A stretch of 64,000 nucleotides of DNA, taken from the NCBI GenBank assembly GCA_963727895.1, contig CAVSHT010000007.1, positions 32,001-96,000 of the forward strand, written 5' to 3'. The notes under the pieces are model-generated. The model saw nothing but the letters and a program-made list of their open reading frames with translations, made no database searches and was not told where the DNA came from. The DNA is from an uncultured Methanosarcinaceae archaeon. Its GTDB lineage: Archaea > Halobacteriota > Methanosarcinia > Methanosarcinales > Methanosarcinaceae. A program made the position numbers and the translations under genes. Every line of letters begins with the position of its first letter. The stretch's first letter is position 1. Below are positions 27,712-38,295 of the stretch, piece by piece.

Positions 27712-29124
27712 ATGAGTATGATTTACAAAAACATAGTCTGTCCTGTCTGTGGAGCTGCTTGCGACGATATCCAAGTTGAAATCAAGAATGGGAAAATTGA
27801 AGTCAAAAATATATGCAAAATGGGAATTTCTAGATTTAATGAGATCACAAGTCCACGAAGATTTAAACAGCCTCTTCTAAAATTTGGGGGGAAATTAAGA
27901 CCAGTTTCCTGGGATGGAGCCCTTCAAATAGCTGCAGATATCCTGTCTTCGGCGAAACGACCCCTTATATGTATAGGCAGCGAAACTTCCTGCGAAGCAC
28001 ATGAAGCAGGACTTATGATAGGAGAATATCTAGGCGCAATTGTGGATACAAATGGCAGTGGATCTATAATGATGGGAAGTCAGGAAGCCGGAAAAGTTGG
28101 TGCAACCGAAGGGCAAAAGAAAAACAGAGCAGATCTCTTAGTTTACTGGGGAACTAATCCTCTTGAATCCATGCCGAGACAGATGTCCAGATATGGAGTT
28201 TTCCCGAGAGGTTACTGGACAAAACGCGGGCGTTTTGACAGGACAATCATTACTGTGGACCCAAGAAAAACTCTGACTGCTAAAGCTTCTGACCTGCACG
28301 TGAAGCTTAAACCGGACTCTGACTATGAGTTAATAAGTGCACTTTTAACGCTTTTACATGGAAAAATTCCTCATCATTCCGTAGAGGAGATTACAGGAGT
28401 TCCAATATCTGTTATGGAAGAAATGCTTGGTTTGATGAAAAAATGTAACTTCGGAACTATCTCGGTAGGAGTTGGACTTTCTTCATCTCTTGAAAAGTAC
28501 AGAAACACTGAAATTGCCATGAACCTTGTGAAAGAGCTAAACAATTATTCCAAATTTACCATTGGAATTATCCGCAATCAATGCAATGCAGCAGGCTTTA
28601 ACCAGGTTGCGTCTTACATGTACGGATATCCTTTCGGGCTTGATTTCATGCGTGGGCACCCACGTTACAACCCTGGAGAATTCACAACCGTGGATTTGCT
28701 TCGAGAAAAGGATGTGGATGCAGCTTTTGTAATGTGTTCTGATCTTTTGAGTCAGATTTCCCCTGAATGTGCAACTTACCTTGAAGAAATTCCTTTGATC
28801 TGCCTGGATACAGTTCCTAGTCCAACTACTGCTATCTCAGATATTGTGATTCCGGGAATCGTTGACGCCATGGAATGTGACGGAACTTTCTATAGGCTTG
28901 ACGACATTCCAATTTACTTTGAACCGTTCATTGGGTCTCCATTTAAATTTACTCAGAGTAATGAAGAGACGTTAAAACAGCTTTTTACGAAAATCAAAGA
29001 GATAAAGAATCAGGTAAATATTTTTCCGTTTACATATGGTGCTGACCCTAAAACTCAAAATTGCTTTTCAGGATCTCAGATTTCAAGTAGTCAATTAAGT
29101 TTCAGAATAAAATCTGTTTGGTGA
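27712..29124 (+). CDS. fmdB: Formylmethanofuran dehydrogenase subunit B paralog lacking catalytic Cys/His
   Basis: 'CPVCGAACDDI', 'GKVGATEGQKKNRAD', 'YWGTNPLESMPR', 'PRYNPGEFT', 'GTFYRLD'. The active-site segment reads DTNGS-GSIMMG instead of DSNxxICHGP. Confidence 0.88.
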   Translation: MSMIYKNIVCPVCGAACDDIQVEIKNGKIEVKNICKMGISRFNEITSPRRFKQPLLKFGGKLRPVSWDGALQIAADILSSAKRPLICIGSETSCEAHEAGLMIGEYLGAIVDTNGSGSIMMGSQEAGKVGATEGQKKNRADLLVYWGTNPLESMPRQMSRYGVFPRGYWTKRGRFDRTIITVDPRKTLTAKASDLHVKLKPDSDYELISALLTLLHGKIPHHSVEEITGVPISVMEEMLGLMKKCNFGTISVGVGLSSSLEKYRNTEIAMNLVKELNNYSKFTIGIIRNQCNAAGFNQVASYMYGYPFGLDFMRGHPRYNPGEFTTVDLLREKDVDAAFVMCSDLLSQISPECATYLEEIPLICLDTVPSPTTAISDIVIPGIVDAMECDGTFYRLDDIPIYFEPFIGSPFKFTQSNEETLKQLFTKIKEIKNQVNIFPFTYGADPKTQNCFSGSQISSSQLSFRIKSVW

Positions 29125-29169
29125 TGAAATATATATAAATTAATTTCCCTGATGAAGATTAAGAGGAAT

Positions 29170-29700
29170 ATGATGATAAAAAATTATAAAGACAAAAATC
29201 CGAAAATCTCAAACACAGTTTTCGTTGCAGACTCTGCAGATATCATTGGGGATGTAGAAATACGGGATTATTCAAGCATATGGTTTAATGCTACGATCCG
29301 GGGAGACCAAAATAAAATAAAAATTGGAAATCGGACGAGCATTCAGGATAATGTGGTAATTCACGTAGATAATACTAATGAGGTTCAAATAGGGGATAAT
29401 GTTAGTGTAGGACACGGAGCTGTACTACATGGTTGTAAAATTAAAAATAATGTAATTATAGGAATGAATTCTACAGTCTTGAATGGGGCTGAGATAGGAA
29501 AAAATTCTATAGTTGGTGCAAATGCACTGGTTCCTGAAGGGAAAAAATTTCCAGAACGAAGTTTAATAATTGGAATTCCGGGAAAAGTAAAAAGAGAACT
29601 TGAAGATGCAGATATCGAAGCTATCTCAAAAAATGCTGAAGAATATGCGGAACTTACAAAGGAATATAGAGAAAATGAAAATGAAAATGAAAACATATGA
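29170..29700 (+). CDS. Gamma-class carbonic anhydrase family protein
   Basis: Hexapeptide repeats, 'IRGD', 'IQDNVVIH', 'VGHGAVLHGC' (three metal-ligand His). Confidence 0.88.
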   Translation: MMIKNYKDKNPKISNTVFVADSADIIGDVEIRDYSSIWFNATIRGDQNKIKIGNRTSIQDNVVIHVDNTNEVQIGDNVSVGHGAVLHGCKIKNNVIIGMNSTVLNGAEIGKNSIVGANALVPEGKKFPERSLIIGIPGKVKRELEDADIEAISKNAEEYAELTKEYRENENENENI

Positions 29701-29909
29701 ACAAGTTTTGGTTATTTCTATCTTGTGTTAACCTAATCTTTATTTAGAATCCAAGATCTTTTTCCAAATTTCAATAAAATCAACTTTTTTTGTTTAAACA
29801 CCTCATCCCAAAATCAATTTTGTTCCCAAATCCATCATAATATCACATAGCTATTGTTTCATTATCAGCTTATAAGAATATACCAACGTGCTTAGGAGAA
29901 AACGGGAAA

Positions 29910-32005
29910 ATGGAATTAAAATATGTGCCTACAACCTGTCCCTACTGTGGGACAGGATGCGGATTTAACATTGTGGAAAAAGATGGAACAGCTGTCGGTA
30001 TTGAGCCATGGCATCGAGCTCCCGTTAATGCAGGAAAACTCTGTCAAAAGGGCAGATACGCTTATGAGTTTATCCATAGCAAGGACAGACTTGTAAAACC
30101 GCTGATCAGGAAAAAAGGAAAGCTTGTAGAGGTAAGTTGGGATGAAGCCTTGAACCTCATAGCAGAAAAATTCATGACTATTCTTCCTGAAGAAATTGCC
30201 TGTCTCTCCTCAGCAAGAACCTCAAACGAAGAAAACTACCTTATGCAGAAATTTGCCCGAGCTGTCCTTAAGACGTCCAACATTGATCACTGTGCAAGGC
30301 TCTGCCATTCTTCCACAGTTACTGGCCTTGCCGCAGTTTTTGGCTCGGGAGCCATGACTAATTCAATCTCGGACCTTGAAAAATCTAAATGCATTTTCAT
30401 TATCGGCAGCAATACCCTCGAGCAACACCCACTAATTGGAAGGAGGTTGATTCTTGCAAAGAAGAAAGGGGCTAAAATTATCTGTGCAGACCCCCGTTTC
30501 ACTCCTACAGCAAAACAGGCAGATACTCATCTTTCCATGTATTCAGGCACGGATGTGGCTCTCTTAAATGGACTCATGCATCACATTATAGGAAATGGCT
30601 GGGAAGATTCAGCATTTATCTCAAAAATGACAAAAAATTTTGATGAACTGAAAGCTGTGGTCATGCAAGATATCTATTCCCTATCACATGTCTCAAAAAT
30701 TACAGGGATACCAGTGGAGGACTTAAAAACCACAGCCGAATGGATTGCTCAATCAAAACCATCGGCTCTCCTTTATTCAATGGGAATTACCCAACATACA
30801 GTGGAGTGGACAATGTAAGGTCCACTGCAAACTTAATACTCCTAACTGGAAACCTTGGAGTTCCGGGAGGTGGAGTCAACCCACTGAGAGGACAAAACAA
30901 TGTTCAGGGAGCATGTGACATGGGCTGTTTACCGGAAGTATATCCAGGTTACCATAAAATTGCAGACCCGGAGAATTACAGAAAAATGGAATCTATCTGG
31001 GGAGTGAGTGGACTTCCGAAAACTCCAGGGTTCACGGTTACAGAGCTGATGGAACAGCTTGCGGAAGGAACATCGACTGTGAAATGCATGTATGTTATGG
31101 GAGAAAATTTCATGCTCTCGGACCCTGATCTAAACAAAGTAAGAAAAGCCATGAATAATCTGGACTTTCTGGTTGTGCAAGACCTTTTTTTGAGCGAGAC
31201 TGCAAATATTGCTGATGTTGTATTACCTGCAGCCTGTTATGCAGAAAAGAATGGGACACAGACTAATACCGAACGTCGGGTTCAGAGGATCAGGAAAGCC
31301 GTAGACCCGCCGGGAGATGCTAAGGCAGACTGGCGCATAATCTGCGAACTTGCCGAGCGTATGGGATATGGGAAGCAGTTTTCCTACTTGAATGAAGCAG
31401 AAATTTTTGAAGAAATTGCAAAGGTTACTCCTCAATACGGAGGCATGAGCTACGAGCGTCTTAAAAATCCTGATTCTCTTCAGTGGCCCTGTCCTGATAA
31501 AACTCATCCTGGAACGCCAATATTGCATACCAAAAAATTTTCCACTCCAGATGGACTGGCGAAGTTTTCTGGTATTGAATGGAAACCTCCAGCAGAAGTC
31601 CCTGATGCAGAATATCCTTTAATTCTTACTACAGAAAGGAATATCTGGCACTGGCATACAGGGACCATGACTCGCAGGTCGAAAACTCTAGCCTCCGAAG
31701 TCAGAACTGGTTGGGTGGAACTTCATCCCGACGATGCTAAAAAGCTGGGAGTCAGCAATCGAGAAAAAATTCGCGTAGTTTCCCGGAGAGGGAGTATCGA
31801 AATTCCTTCAATGGTTACAGAAGATATAAAACCTGGAGTTGTCTTCATTCCTTTTCATTTTAAGGAGTGTGCAGCTAATCTGCTGACCAATGGAGCTCTT
31901 GACCTCGTAGCAAAGATTCCAGAGTACAAGGCATGTGCGGTAAAAATTGAGAAGATAGAACCTCAAGAAGGTAACCTTTGGAGGGAAAACTTTGAAACCT
32001 TCTGA
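29910..32005 (+). pseudogene. fdhA: Formate dehydrogenase alpha subunit (Cys-type); frameshift near 30803
   Basis: 'CPYCGTGC', 'LCQKG', 'DHCARLCHSST', 'SMGITQH' | 'GVDNV', 'PLRGQNNVQGACDMG', 'KIPEYKACAV'. Confidence 0.9.
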
Positions 32006-33206
32006 AGAAAACATGTTTTATGTCCAGGCTTGTGATCAGGAGCTACTGGAAAAAGGAGAGTCAGGTGGTGCTATTTCAGCCCTACTTAAGTTTGCACTGG
32101 AAAGCGGAAATGTAGATGCAGTACTTGGTGTCAAAAAAGGAGCTGATATTTATGATGTTGTACCGGTACTAATTACGGATCCGGCAGAAATTTCGGAAAT
32201 TTCAGGTTCCTTACATTTTGGGACTCTTCTTTTATCCAGGCTTTTCAGTAGGTACCTTGAGGGAGTAGAGAACTTAAAAATTGCAGTTGCTCTGAAGGGA
32301 TGCGATGTCATGGGGCTTTATGAACTTGCAAAGCGGGGAGAAGTCAAGCTGGAAAATATTCTCATGATTGGGTTAAACTGTGGAGGTACAATCAGTTCCG
32401 AGATGGCAAGGAAAATGATTGTAGAAAAATTTGAAGTTAATCCTGATCTGGTTAAAAAGGAAAGGATTGCTAAAGGAAAGTTTATCGTTGAAACTTCTGA
32501 AGGAGAGTTTTCTATTCCCATAGACAAGCTGGAAGAGGAAAACTTAGGAAGAAGAAGCAACTGCAGGCGCTGCAAGCTGAAAATCCCTCGACAGGCTGAC
32601 CTTGCCTGCGGGGAATGGGGTGTAATGGGCACAGAAGCAACCTTTGTAGAAGTATGCAGTGCAAAAGGTGCAGAAATACTTGAGCAGGCAAAGGCCGCAG
32701 GCGTGGTTGAGACATTTATCCCTGTCCCGAAAGGACTGGAGATCAGAGGGAAGATCGAAAAGTCAATGCTAAACCTTTCCGAGAATGGAAGAACTAAAGA
32801 TTTTCAGTCTTTAGGGGAAGGAAAAAACCGCCTGAGACAGCTAATAAACGAGACTTCACGCTGTATTAAGTGCTATAGCTGTATTGAAGTATGTCCTGCC
32901 CTGTCCGGGGCAAAAGTATCAGATTTTACTGTAGACACCCCGGGAAAAATTCCTCCTTCCTTTGCCTTTCATGCACTACGTTATTCTCTTGTTGCAGATT
33001 CCTGTATCAACTGCGGACAATGCGAAGAACTCTGTCCAATGGAGATCCCAAATGCTCTTTTTATGCATTCTTTTGCCGTAGAATTTCAGGAACTTTACGG
33101 CTATCAGGCAGGTAAGGATCTCTCAGTCCCAAATATATCGCCACTGGAAATTTTCCTGCGGGAAGAAAATCGAGAAAATGGAAGTAGAAAACGATTGTGT
33201 AAATAA
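31992..33206 (+). CDS. fdhB: F420-dependent formate dehydrogenase beta subunit
   Basis: 'GESGGA', 'KGCD', 'IGLNCGGT', 'RRSNCRRC..KIPRQADLACGEWG', two ferredoxin motifs; overlaps the fdhA end. Confidence 0.9.
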   Translation: MKPSEENMFYVQACDQELLEKGESGGAISALLKFALESGNVDAVLGVKKGADIYDVVPVLITDPAEISEISGSLHFGTLLLSRLFSRYLEGVENLKIAVALKGCDVMGLYELAKRGEVKLENILMIGLNCGGTISSEMARKMIVEKFEVNPDLVKKERIAKGKFIVETSEGEFSIPIDKLEEENLGRRSNCRRCKLKIPRQADLACGEWGVMGTEATFVEVCSAKGAEILEQAKAAGVVETFIPVPKGLEIRGKIEKSMLNLSENGRTKDFQSLGEGKNRLRQLINETSRCIKCYSCIEVCPALSGAKVSDFTVDTPGKIPPSFAFHALRYSLVADSCINCGQCEELCPMEIPNALFMHSFAVEFQELYGYQAGKDLSVPNISPLEIFLREENRENGSRKRLCK

Positions 33207-33258
33207 TAAAAACATTATCTGATGATTGATAGTCAAATTGGAAAAAAGAAAAATAAAT

Positions 33259-33997
33259 GGTATTGATACTTAAATATAGTTATATACTATTAGAAAGTAT
33301 ATTTCTGCATGAACTGCCCCAGATGCAATAGTTCCAGTCACAAAAAGAATGGTATAGTTGGCGGGCGTCAACGGTACAAATGCTCTGATTGTGGCTATAA
33401 CTATACGGTAGAGCTAAAATCAACTGCTTTTTCCGCTTCTGTAAAAAGACAGGCTTTACAACTTTACCTTGAAGGATTGGGCTTTCGCTCAATAGGGCGG
33501 TTTCAGGGGTAAGTCACGTTTCTGTCCAAAAATGGATCAAGAAATTTGGTCAAGAGTTAGAGGCTCTAAAAAGCGAAAATGAGATATCTATTGTTGAAAT
33601 GGATGAGATGCACACTTACATCGGTAACAAAAAAAATATTGCTGGATCTGGATTGCTGTTGATAGAGTTGGAAAAAAGTTCATCAACTGCTCTTTTGGCA
33701 TCAGAGGAACGGAAACTGGAAAACTACTCTGGGAAAAATTGAAGAAAAAAGAGATTGGAGAAGTGATGACAGACCACTGGAGAGCATATGCAGAGTTTCT
33801 TCCAGAAAAGATCCATACTCAATCCAAAGCAAAAACGTATACTGTTAAGGGATATAACAGCATATTGAGGCACTTTTTAGCAAGATTGAGAAGAAAGACA
33901 AAGTGTTATACGAAGAGTCTTGAAATGCTAAAGTACTCGGTTATTCTATTGATGAAATACAGAAATAAAGAGTTAATTATGTTTAGTTAACAATACC
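33259..33997 (+). mobile_element. IS1-family element copy 1 (defective, no target duplication)
   Basis: Ends GGTATTG...CAATACC; InsA Zn finger 'CPRC..KNG..GRQRYKC', A8 slippery site, InsB' 'TDHWRAY..HFLARLRRKTKC'; extra frameshift near 33503. Confidence 0.92.
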
Positions 33998-34180
33998 AAT
34001 TTTGATCCTTGCGTCTAGAAAAGTATCGTCTATTGATTCTTCAACTTCATCAAATCCACAGATATCCTTATTTAACAGAACTTCCTTCATTGCGAGAGCA
34101 TCATCTACTGCAAACCTCAGTTCTTTATCAGAATTTGGATAATTATTTCCAATAACGAGCCCGACTCTTTTATCAGTCAT
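33998..34180 (-). pseudogene. Caspase-family (peptidase C14) N-terminal fragment truncated by IS1
   Basis: 'RVGLVIGNNY....ELRFAVDDALAMKEVL' matches the caspase start ALVIGxxxY...LxxAxxDA; the ORF runs into the IS1 end. Confidence 0.75.
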
Positions 34181-34197
34181 GATGTTAATATATTGTA

Positions 34198-34626
34198 TTA
34201 TTTTTCAGAATGCATGAAAGAATTCAAGCCTTCACAGATTGATAACTGCGGGTTTTCTTCAAAGAATTCAGACAATTTTGTAAGAGACAGTTTAGAAATC
34301 TCAATCGTGCTTCCGTCAGAGCATTTCATTTCAATTTCAGCAGTTGGCCTGTATTCGAGCCATGTTTTCATTGCTTCAATAATTATCTCTGCAAAAACTT
34401 TTCCTGTGATGCCAAAAACTGCAAGTGTACTGAAAACAGTTGATATATCGGATCTTTCTTCTTCAGAAGAATTAGACGTTAAAGGTTCTATCCAACCATC
34501 AGGTAGATTCTTGCAAATTGAACCGTAAAACTGACAGCACTGTTCCTGCCAGTGTTCCGAAGAAACATCAATGTCTCCAGACGTAAGTACAATAGAAAAA
34601 TTAGACTTATCAAGAACTTGCTGTAT
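34198..34626 (-). pseudogene. EACC1-like caspase-partner protein; start codon reads ATA
   Basis: Stop-free 142-codon frame after a GGTGG RBS: '(I)QQVLDKSNFSIVLTSG...STLAVFGITGKVFAEIIIEAMKTWLEYRPTAEIEMKCSDGSTIEISKL...'; ends 17 bp before the caspase ATG. Not in the ORF track. Confidence 0.6.
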
Positions 34627-34804
34627 ACTACCACCAACGATTTTACAATCGAAAATTACACTATCGAAAACTTATATTTCTTGAGAGAATATATGGTTTA
34701 CGATATTTATTAAATCTTTATTTACTAAACAAAAATATTCAAGACAAAATATCAACTAGCTACTAATAAAAGCTTAAAAAAGAAGGAAATTACGATTCCT
34801 TTAA

Positions 34805-35710
34805 TTACAGTTCCCTTAATAAGCGAAATCCAAGGTTGGCGAAACAACTTCCAGATTCACGCTTAAAGCGACTAGCTGAACGGCAGAATTCCATATCGCA
34901 GAGCCAGCTACATCCACGAGAAATCCGATAGAAGCTATTTCCTTCATCCCATGCACTCCCATCCAAAGGAGCTCCATTGTAGTTGTTATGCCACACATCT
35001 TGTACCCATTCCCATACATTTCCATGAATGTCATAAAGTCCCCAGGGATTTGGTTTCTTACAGCCAATTACGTGAGTTTCATCACCTGAATTTCCAGCAT
35101 GCCAGACGTAGTCATTGAGTTTTGACGTGTCCTCACCAAAGAAACATCTTGTTTGTGTGCCTGCCCGGCAGGCGTATTCCCATTCAGCTTCGGAAGGTAA
35201 GCGGTATTTGTCAGTTCCTTCTTTCTCATTCAACTTTGTGATAAACTCCTGAACATCTTTCCAGGAAATCATCTCAACAGGGTGATCTTCACCTTTGCAA
35301 TACGAAGGATTGTTACCCATTATCTTTTTCCACTGTCTTTGCGTGACAGCTGATCTGCCTAGATAAAAATAGTTTTGAATTGTTACATTGTGGACCGGAA
35401 ATTCAGCATCTGATCTGTCCATCTCTTCAGAAGGTGATCCCATCTCAAATTTCCCAGCAGGAATAAGTACAAATTTCATACCTGTAAAAGGACTAGTAAA
35501 CGTTTCAATATCGTCAGGATTATCATCCATTGAAATAATAGATGACTCTTCAGTTTCTTCTTTTTTCAGGTAGTATCGAATTGTATTAATATAACTCTTA
35601 ATGCCAAATTTATTTCCCAAAAGCCCCACCCCTAAGATATTATAATTGTCTCCTAGTTTAGACATATCACTTATTATATTTAGACAGTATATGTAAAATT
35701 TTATTTTCAA
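34805..35710 (-). CDS. Formylglycine-generating enzyme (FGE-sulfatase) domain protein; true start probably downstream of 35710
   Basis: 'FVLIPAGKFEMGS', 'YRLPSEAEWEYACRAG', 'NPWGLYDIHGNVWEW', 'LGFRL'. Confidence 0.88.
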   Translation of the reverse strand: MKIKFYIYCLNIISDMSKLGDNYNILGVGLLGNKFGIKSYINTIRYYLKKEETEESSIISMDDNPDDIETFTSPFTGMKFVLIPAGKFEMGSPSEEMDRSDAEFPVHNVTIQNYFYLGRSAVTQRQWKKIMGNNPSYCKGEDHPVEMISWKDVQEFITKLNEKEGTDKYRLPSEAEWEYACRAGTQTRCFFGEDTSKLNDYVWHAGNSGDETHVIGCKKPNPWGLYDIHGNVWEWVQDVWHNNYNGAPLDGSAWDEGNSFYRISRGCSWLCDMEFCRSASRFKRESGSCFANLGFRLLREL

Positions 35711-35846
35711 TCCTTACTTGTAATTTTTGGTTCCAGTTTTATTAAGAATCTATAACTCTATAGCATTTATCGTTGTTCAGTTAAAATTAAACTTTACTGC
35801 AATAAAAGACCTTGACAATAAGTATCTATTTCATTGTAATAAAAAG

Positions 35847-36592
35847 GGCATTGTTACTTAACTAGATCTAGTTCTTTATTTCTGTATTTCATCAATAGAA
35901 TAACGAGTACTTTAGCATTTCAAGACTCTTCGTATAACACTTTGTCTTTCTTCTCAATCTTGCTAAAAAGTGCCTCAATATGCTGTTATATCCCTTAACA
36001 GTATACGTTTTTGCTTTGGATTGAGTATGGATCTTTTCTGGAAGAAACTCTGCATATGCTCTCCAGTGGTCTGTCATCACTTCTCCAATCTCTTTTTTCT
36101 TCAATTTTTCCCAGAGTAGTTTTCCAGTTTCCGTTCCTCTGATGCCAAAAGAGCAGTTGATGAACTTTTTTCCAACTCTATCAACAGCAATCCAGATCCA
36201 GCAATATTTTTTTTGTTACCGATGTAAGTGTGCATCTCATCCATTTCAACAATAGATATCTCATTTTCGCTTTTTAGAGCCTCTAACTCTTGACCAAATT
36301 TCTTTATCCATTTTTGGACAGAAACGTGACTTACCCCTAAAAACCGCCCTATTGAGCGAAAGCCCAATCCTTCAAGATAGAGTTGTAAAGCCTGTCTTTT
36401 AACAGAAGCGGAAAAAGCAGTTGATTTTAGCTCTACTGTATAGTTATAGCCACAATCATGGATCATGGCATTTGTAGCGTTGACGCCCACCAACTATACC
36501 GTTCTTTTTGTGACTGGAACTATTGCATCTGGGGCGGTTCATGAAGAAATATACTTTCTAATAGTATATAACTATGTTTAAGTATCAATGTC
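35847..36592 (-). mobile_element. IS1-family element copy 2 with 8-bp target duplication ATAAAAAG
   Basis: Ends GGCATTG / CAATGTC; ATAAAAAG at 35839-35846 and 36593-36600; insA disrupted by a 7-bp duplication (ATCATGG x2). Confidence 0.93.
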
Positions 36593-36715
36593 ATAAAAAG
36601 AATTACTTGAACTCAAACTAATTGTTATACGTTTTTAAAAAAACTCATATAACCAAAAGTAAAATATGAGATTGATTTATCTTAGGAAAATAACCAAACC
36701 TCATACTCAATCACT

Positions 36716-36945
36716 GATCAAAATCAGTGAATCAAAATATGATCAATCCATAATACCAAAATCCTGATTTAAGTTACTAAACTAAATCCAAGATAAAAGT
36801 CGTTATAATAGATCACGATTTAAATCATTAGATCAAAATCAGTGAATCAAAATATGATCAATCCATAATACCAAAATCCTGATTTAAGTTACTAAACTAA
36901 ATCCAAGATAAAAGTCGTTATAATAGATCACGATTTAAATCATTA
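36716..36945. repeat. Perfect 115-bp tandem duplication upstream of priS
   Basis: GATCAAAATCAGTGAATC...TTTAAATCATTA at 36716-36830 and 36831-36945. Confidence 0.93.
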
Positions 36946-37044
36946 AACTGAAACTCGATCAAAATAAGTTCCTATTAGAATACTTTTGTTGAAATTCAAT
37001 CAAATTTCTAAATTAAGATCCAAAACTTCAAAAGCCCTATATCC

Positions 37045-38295
37045 ATGGACAATCGAACCGCCCGTTTTTTGAAAAGTCGCTTCCAAAAATATTACAAAAA
37101 TGCCGAAATAGGTCTCCCTGACCATCTGCCTAACAGAGAATGGGCTTTTATTTTCTATGACGATATGCCTGAAAAAATGATGCATAGGCACAAGGCCTTT
37201 GGCTCACCCGGAGAAGCTCTTGATTACCTTTACGGCATGGCTCCTGCTCACGTTTATAATTCAACTGCTTATTATGAATATCCTGATGCTAGAAAGATGA
37301 ATGAGAAGAACTGGCTTGGAGCAGAATTGATTTTTGACCTGGATGCCGATCACCTTCCAGATGCTCCGAAGAATTATGCAGATATGCTTGAGCTTGTAAA
37401 AAAAGAGGCTTTCAAACTAATGGATTTTCTGTTAGATGATTTTGGATTCTTGGAGCAAGAAATCGAACTGGTGTTTTCCGGGGGAAGAGGATATCATTTT
37501 CATATTCATAATCCAAAAGTTTTGGCACTTGGGAGCGCCGAAAGAAGAGAAATCGTAAATTATATCAGCGGAAGAGATATGGAAGTTAAGTATCTATTCA
37601 AAAAAGTTCCCATGAGTGGAGATGTAGGGACGGGTTCTACTGGTTTTTATGATAAAGTAAGGAACGTTCCACTAAAATGGGAAATCAGGGATTTCGATAG
37701 TGGATGGGGAAAAAGATTTGCAAATTACTTAGTTGAATATCTAAAAACAGAGATTTTTACTAAAAAGTACAAAAAAGATATGTTTAACGAATTAAAGATA
37801 GATTTAGAATTGGGCAGTAGTTCGATAAAAACATTGATAAAATTAGCATCCAATGAAAATGCCTTAAATGATATATTGACACGAGGACGCTTAGATTTTC
37901 CCGGAAAAGATTTTAAGAGGGTTTCTGAATATATTATGAGACAATCCATTGAAAAATCCGGTATCAACTTTGGAGCCAGTGTTGACGAACCTGTAACTGC
38001 AGACATTAAACGCTTGATAAGAGTACCGGGTTCATTGCATGGCGGATCAGGAATGATGGTTAAGAAACTTGCTTTATCTGAATTAGAAAAGTTTGATCCG
38101 CTTACTGATGCCGTTGTCTTTGGTGAAAGGTCAGTAAAAATAACAGTCTCAAAACCTTTTTCGATACAATTAAAGGGCAAGGATTTAAGTGTAGAAGAAG
38201 GCATACAGGAAGTTTCTGAGTATGCGGCAGTGTATCTAATTTGCAGAGGTGTTGCGGAGTATGGATATAGAAAAAATCAGCCAAATATTGCTTAA
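37045..38295 (+). CDS. priS: DNA primase small (catalytic) subunit
   Basis: 'REWAF', 'ELIFDLDAD', 'FSGGRGYH', 'VDEPVTADIKRLIRVPGSLH'. Confidence 0.95.
   Translation: MDNRTARFLKSRFQKYYKNAEIGLPDHLPNREWAFIFYDDMPEKMMHRHKAFGSPGEALDYLYGMAPAHVYNSTAYYEYPDARKMNEKNWLGAELIFDLDADHLPDAPKNYADMLELVKKEAFKLMDFLLDDFGFLEQEIELVFSGGRGYHFHIHNPKVLALGSAERREIVNYISGRDMEVKYLFKKVPMSGDVGTGSTGFYDKVRNVPLKWEIRDFDSGWGKRFANYLVEYLKTEIFTKKYKKDMFNELKIDLELGSSSIKTLIKLASNENALNDILTRGRLDFPGKDFKRVSEYIMRQSIEKSGINFGASVDEPVTADIKRLIRVPGSLHGGSGMMVKKLALSELEKFDPLTDAVVFGERSVKITVSKPFSIQLKGKDLSVEEGIQEVSEYAAVYLICRGVAEYGYRKNQPNIA

Noticed and set aside
33259..36592. Composite transposon formed by two inverted IS1 copies
   Set aside because: Copy 2 has its own target duplication on both sides, and the outer flanks of the pair do not match.
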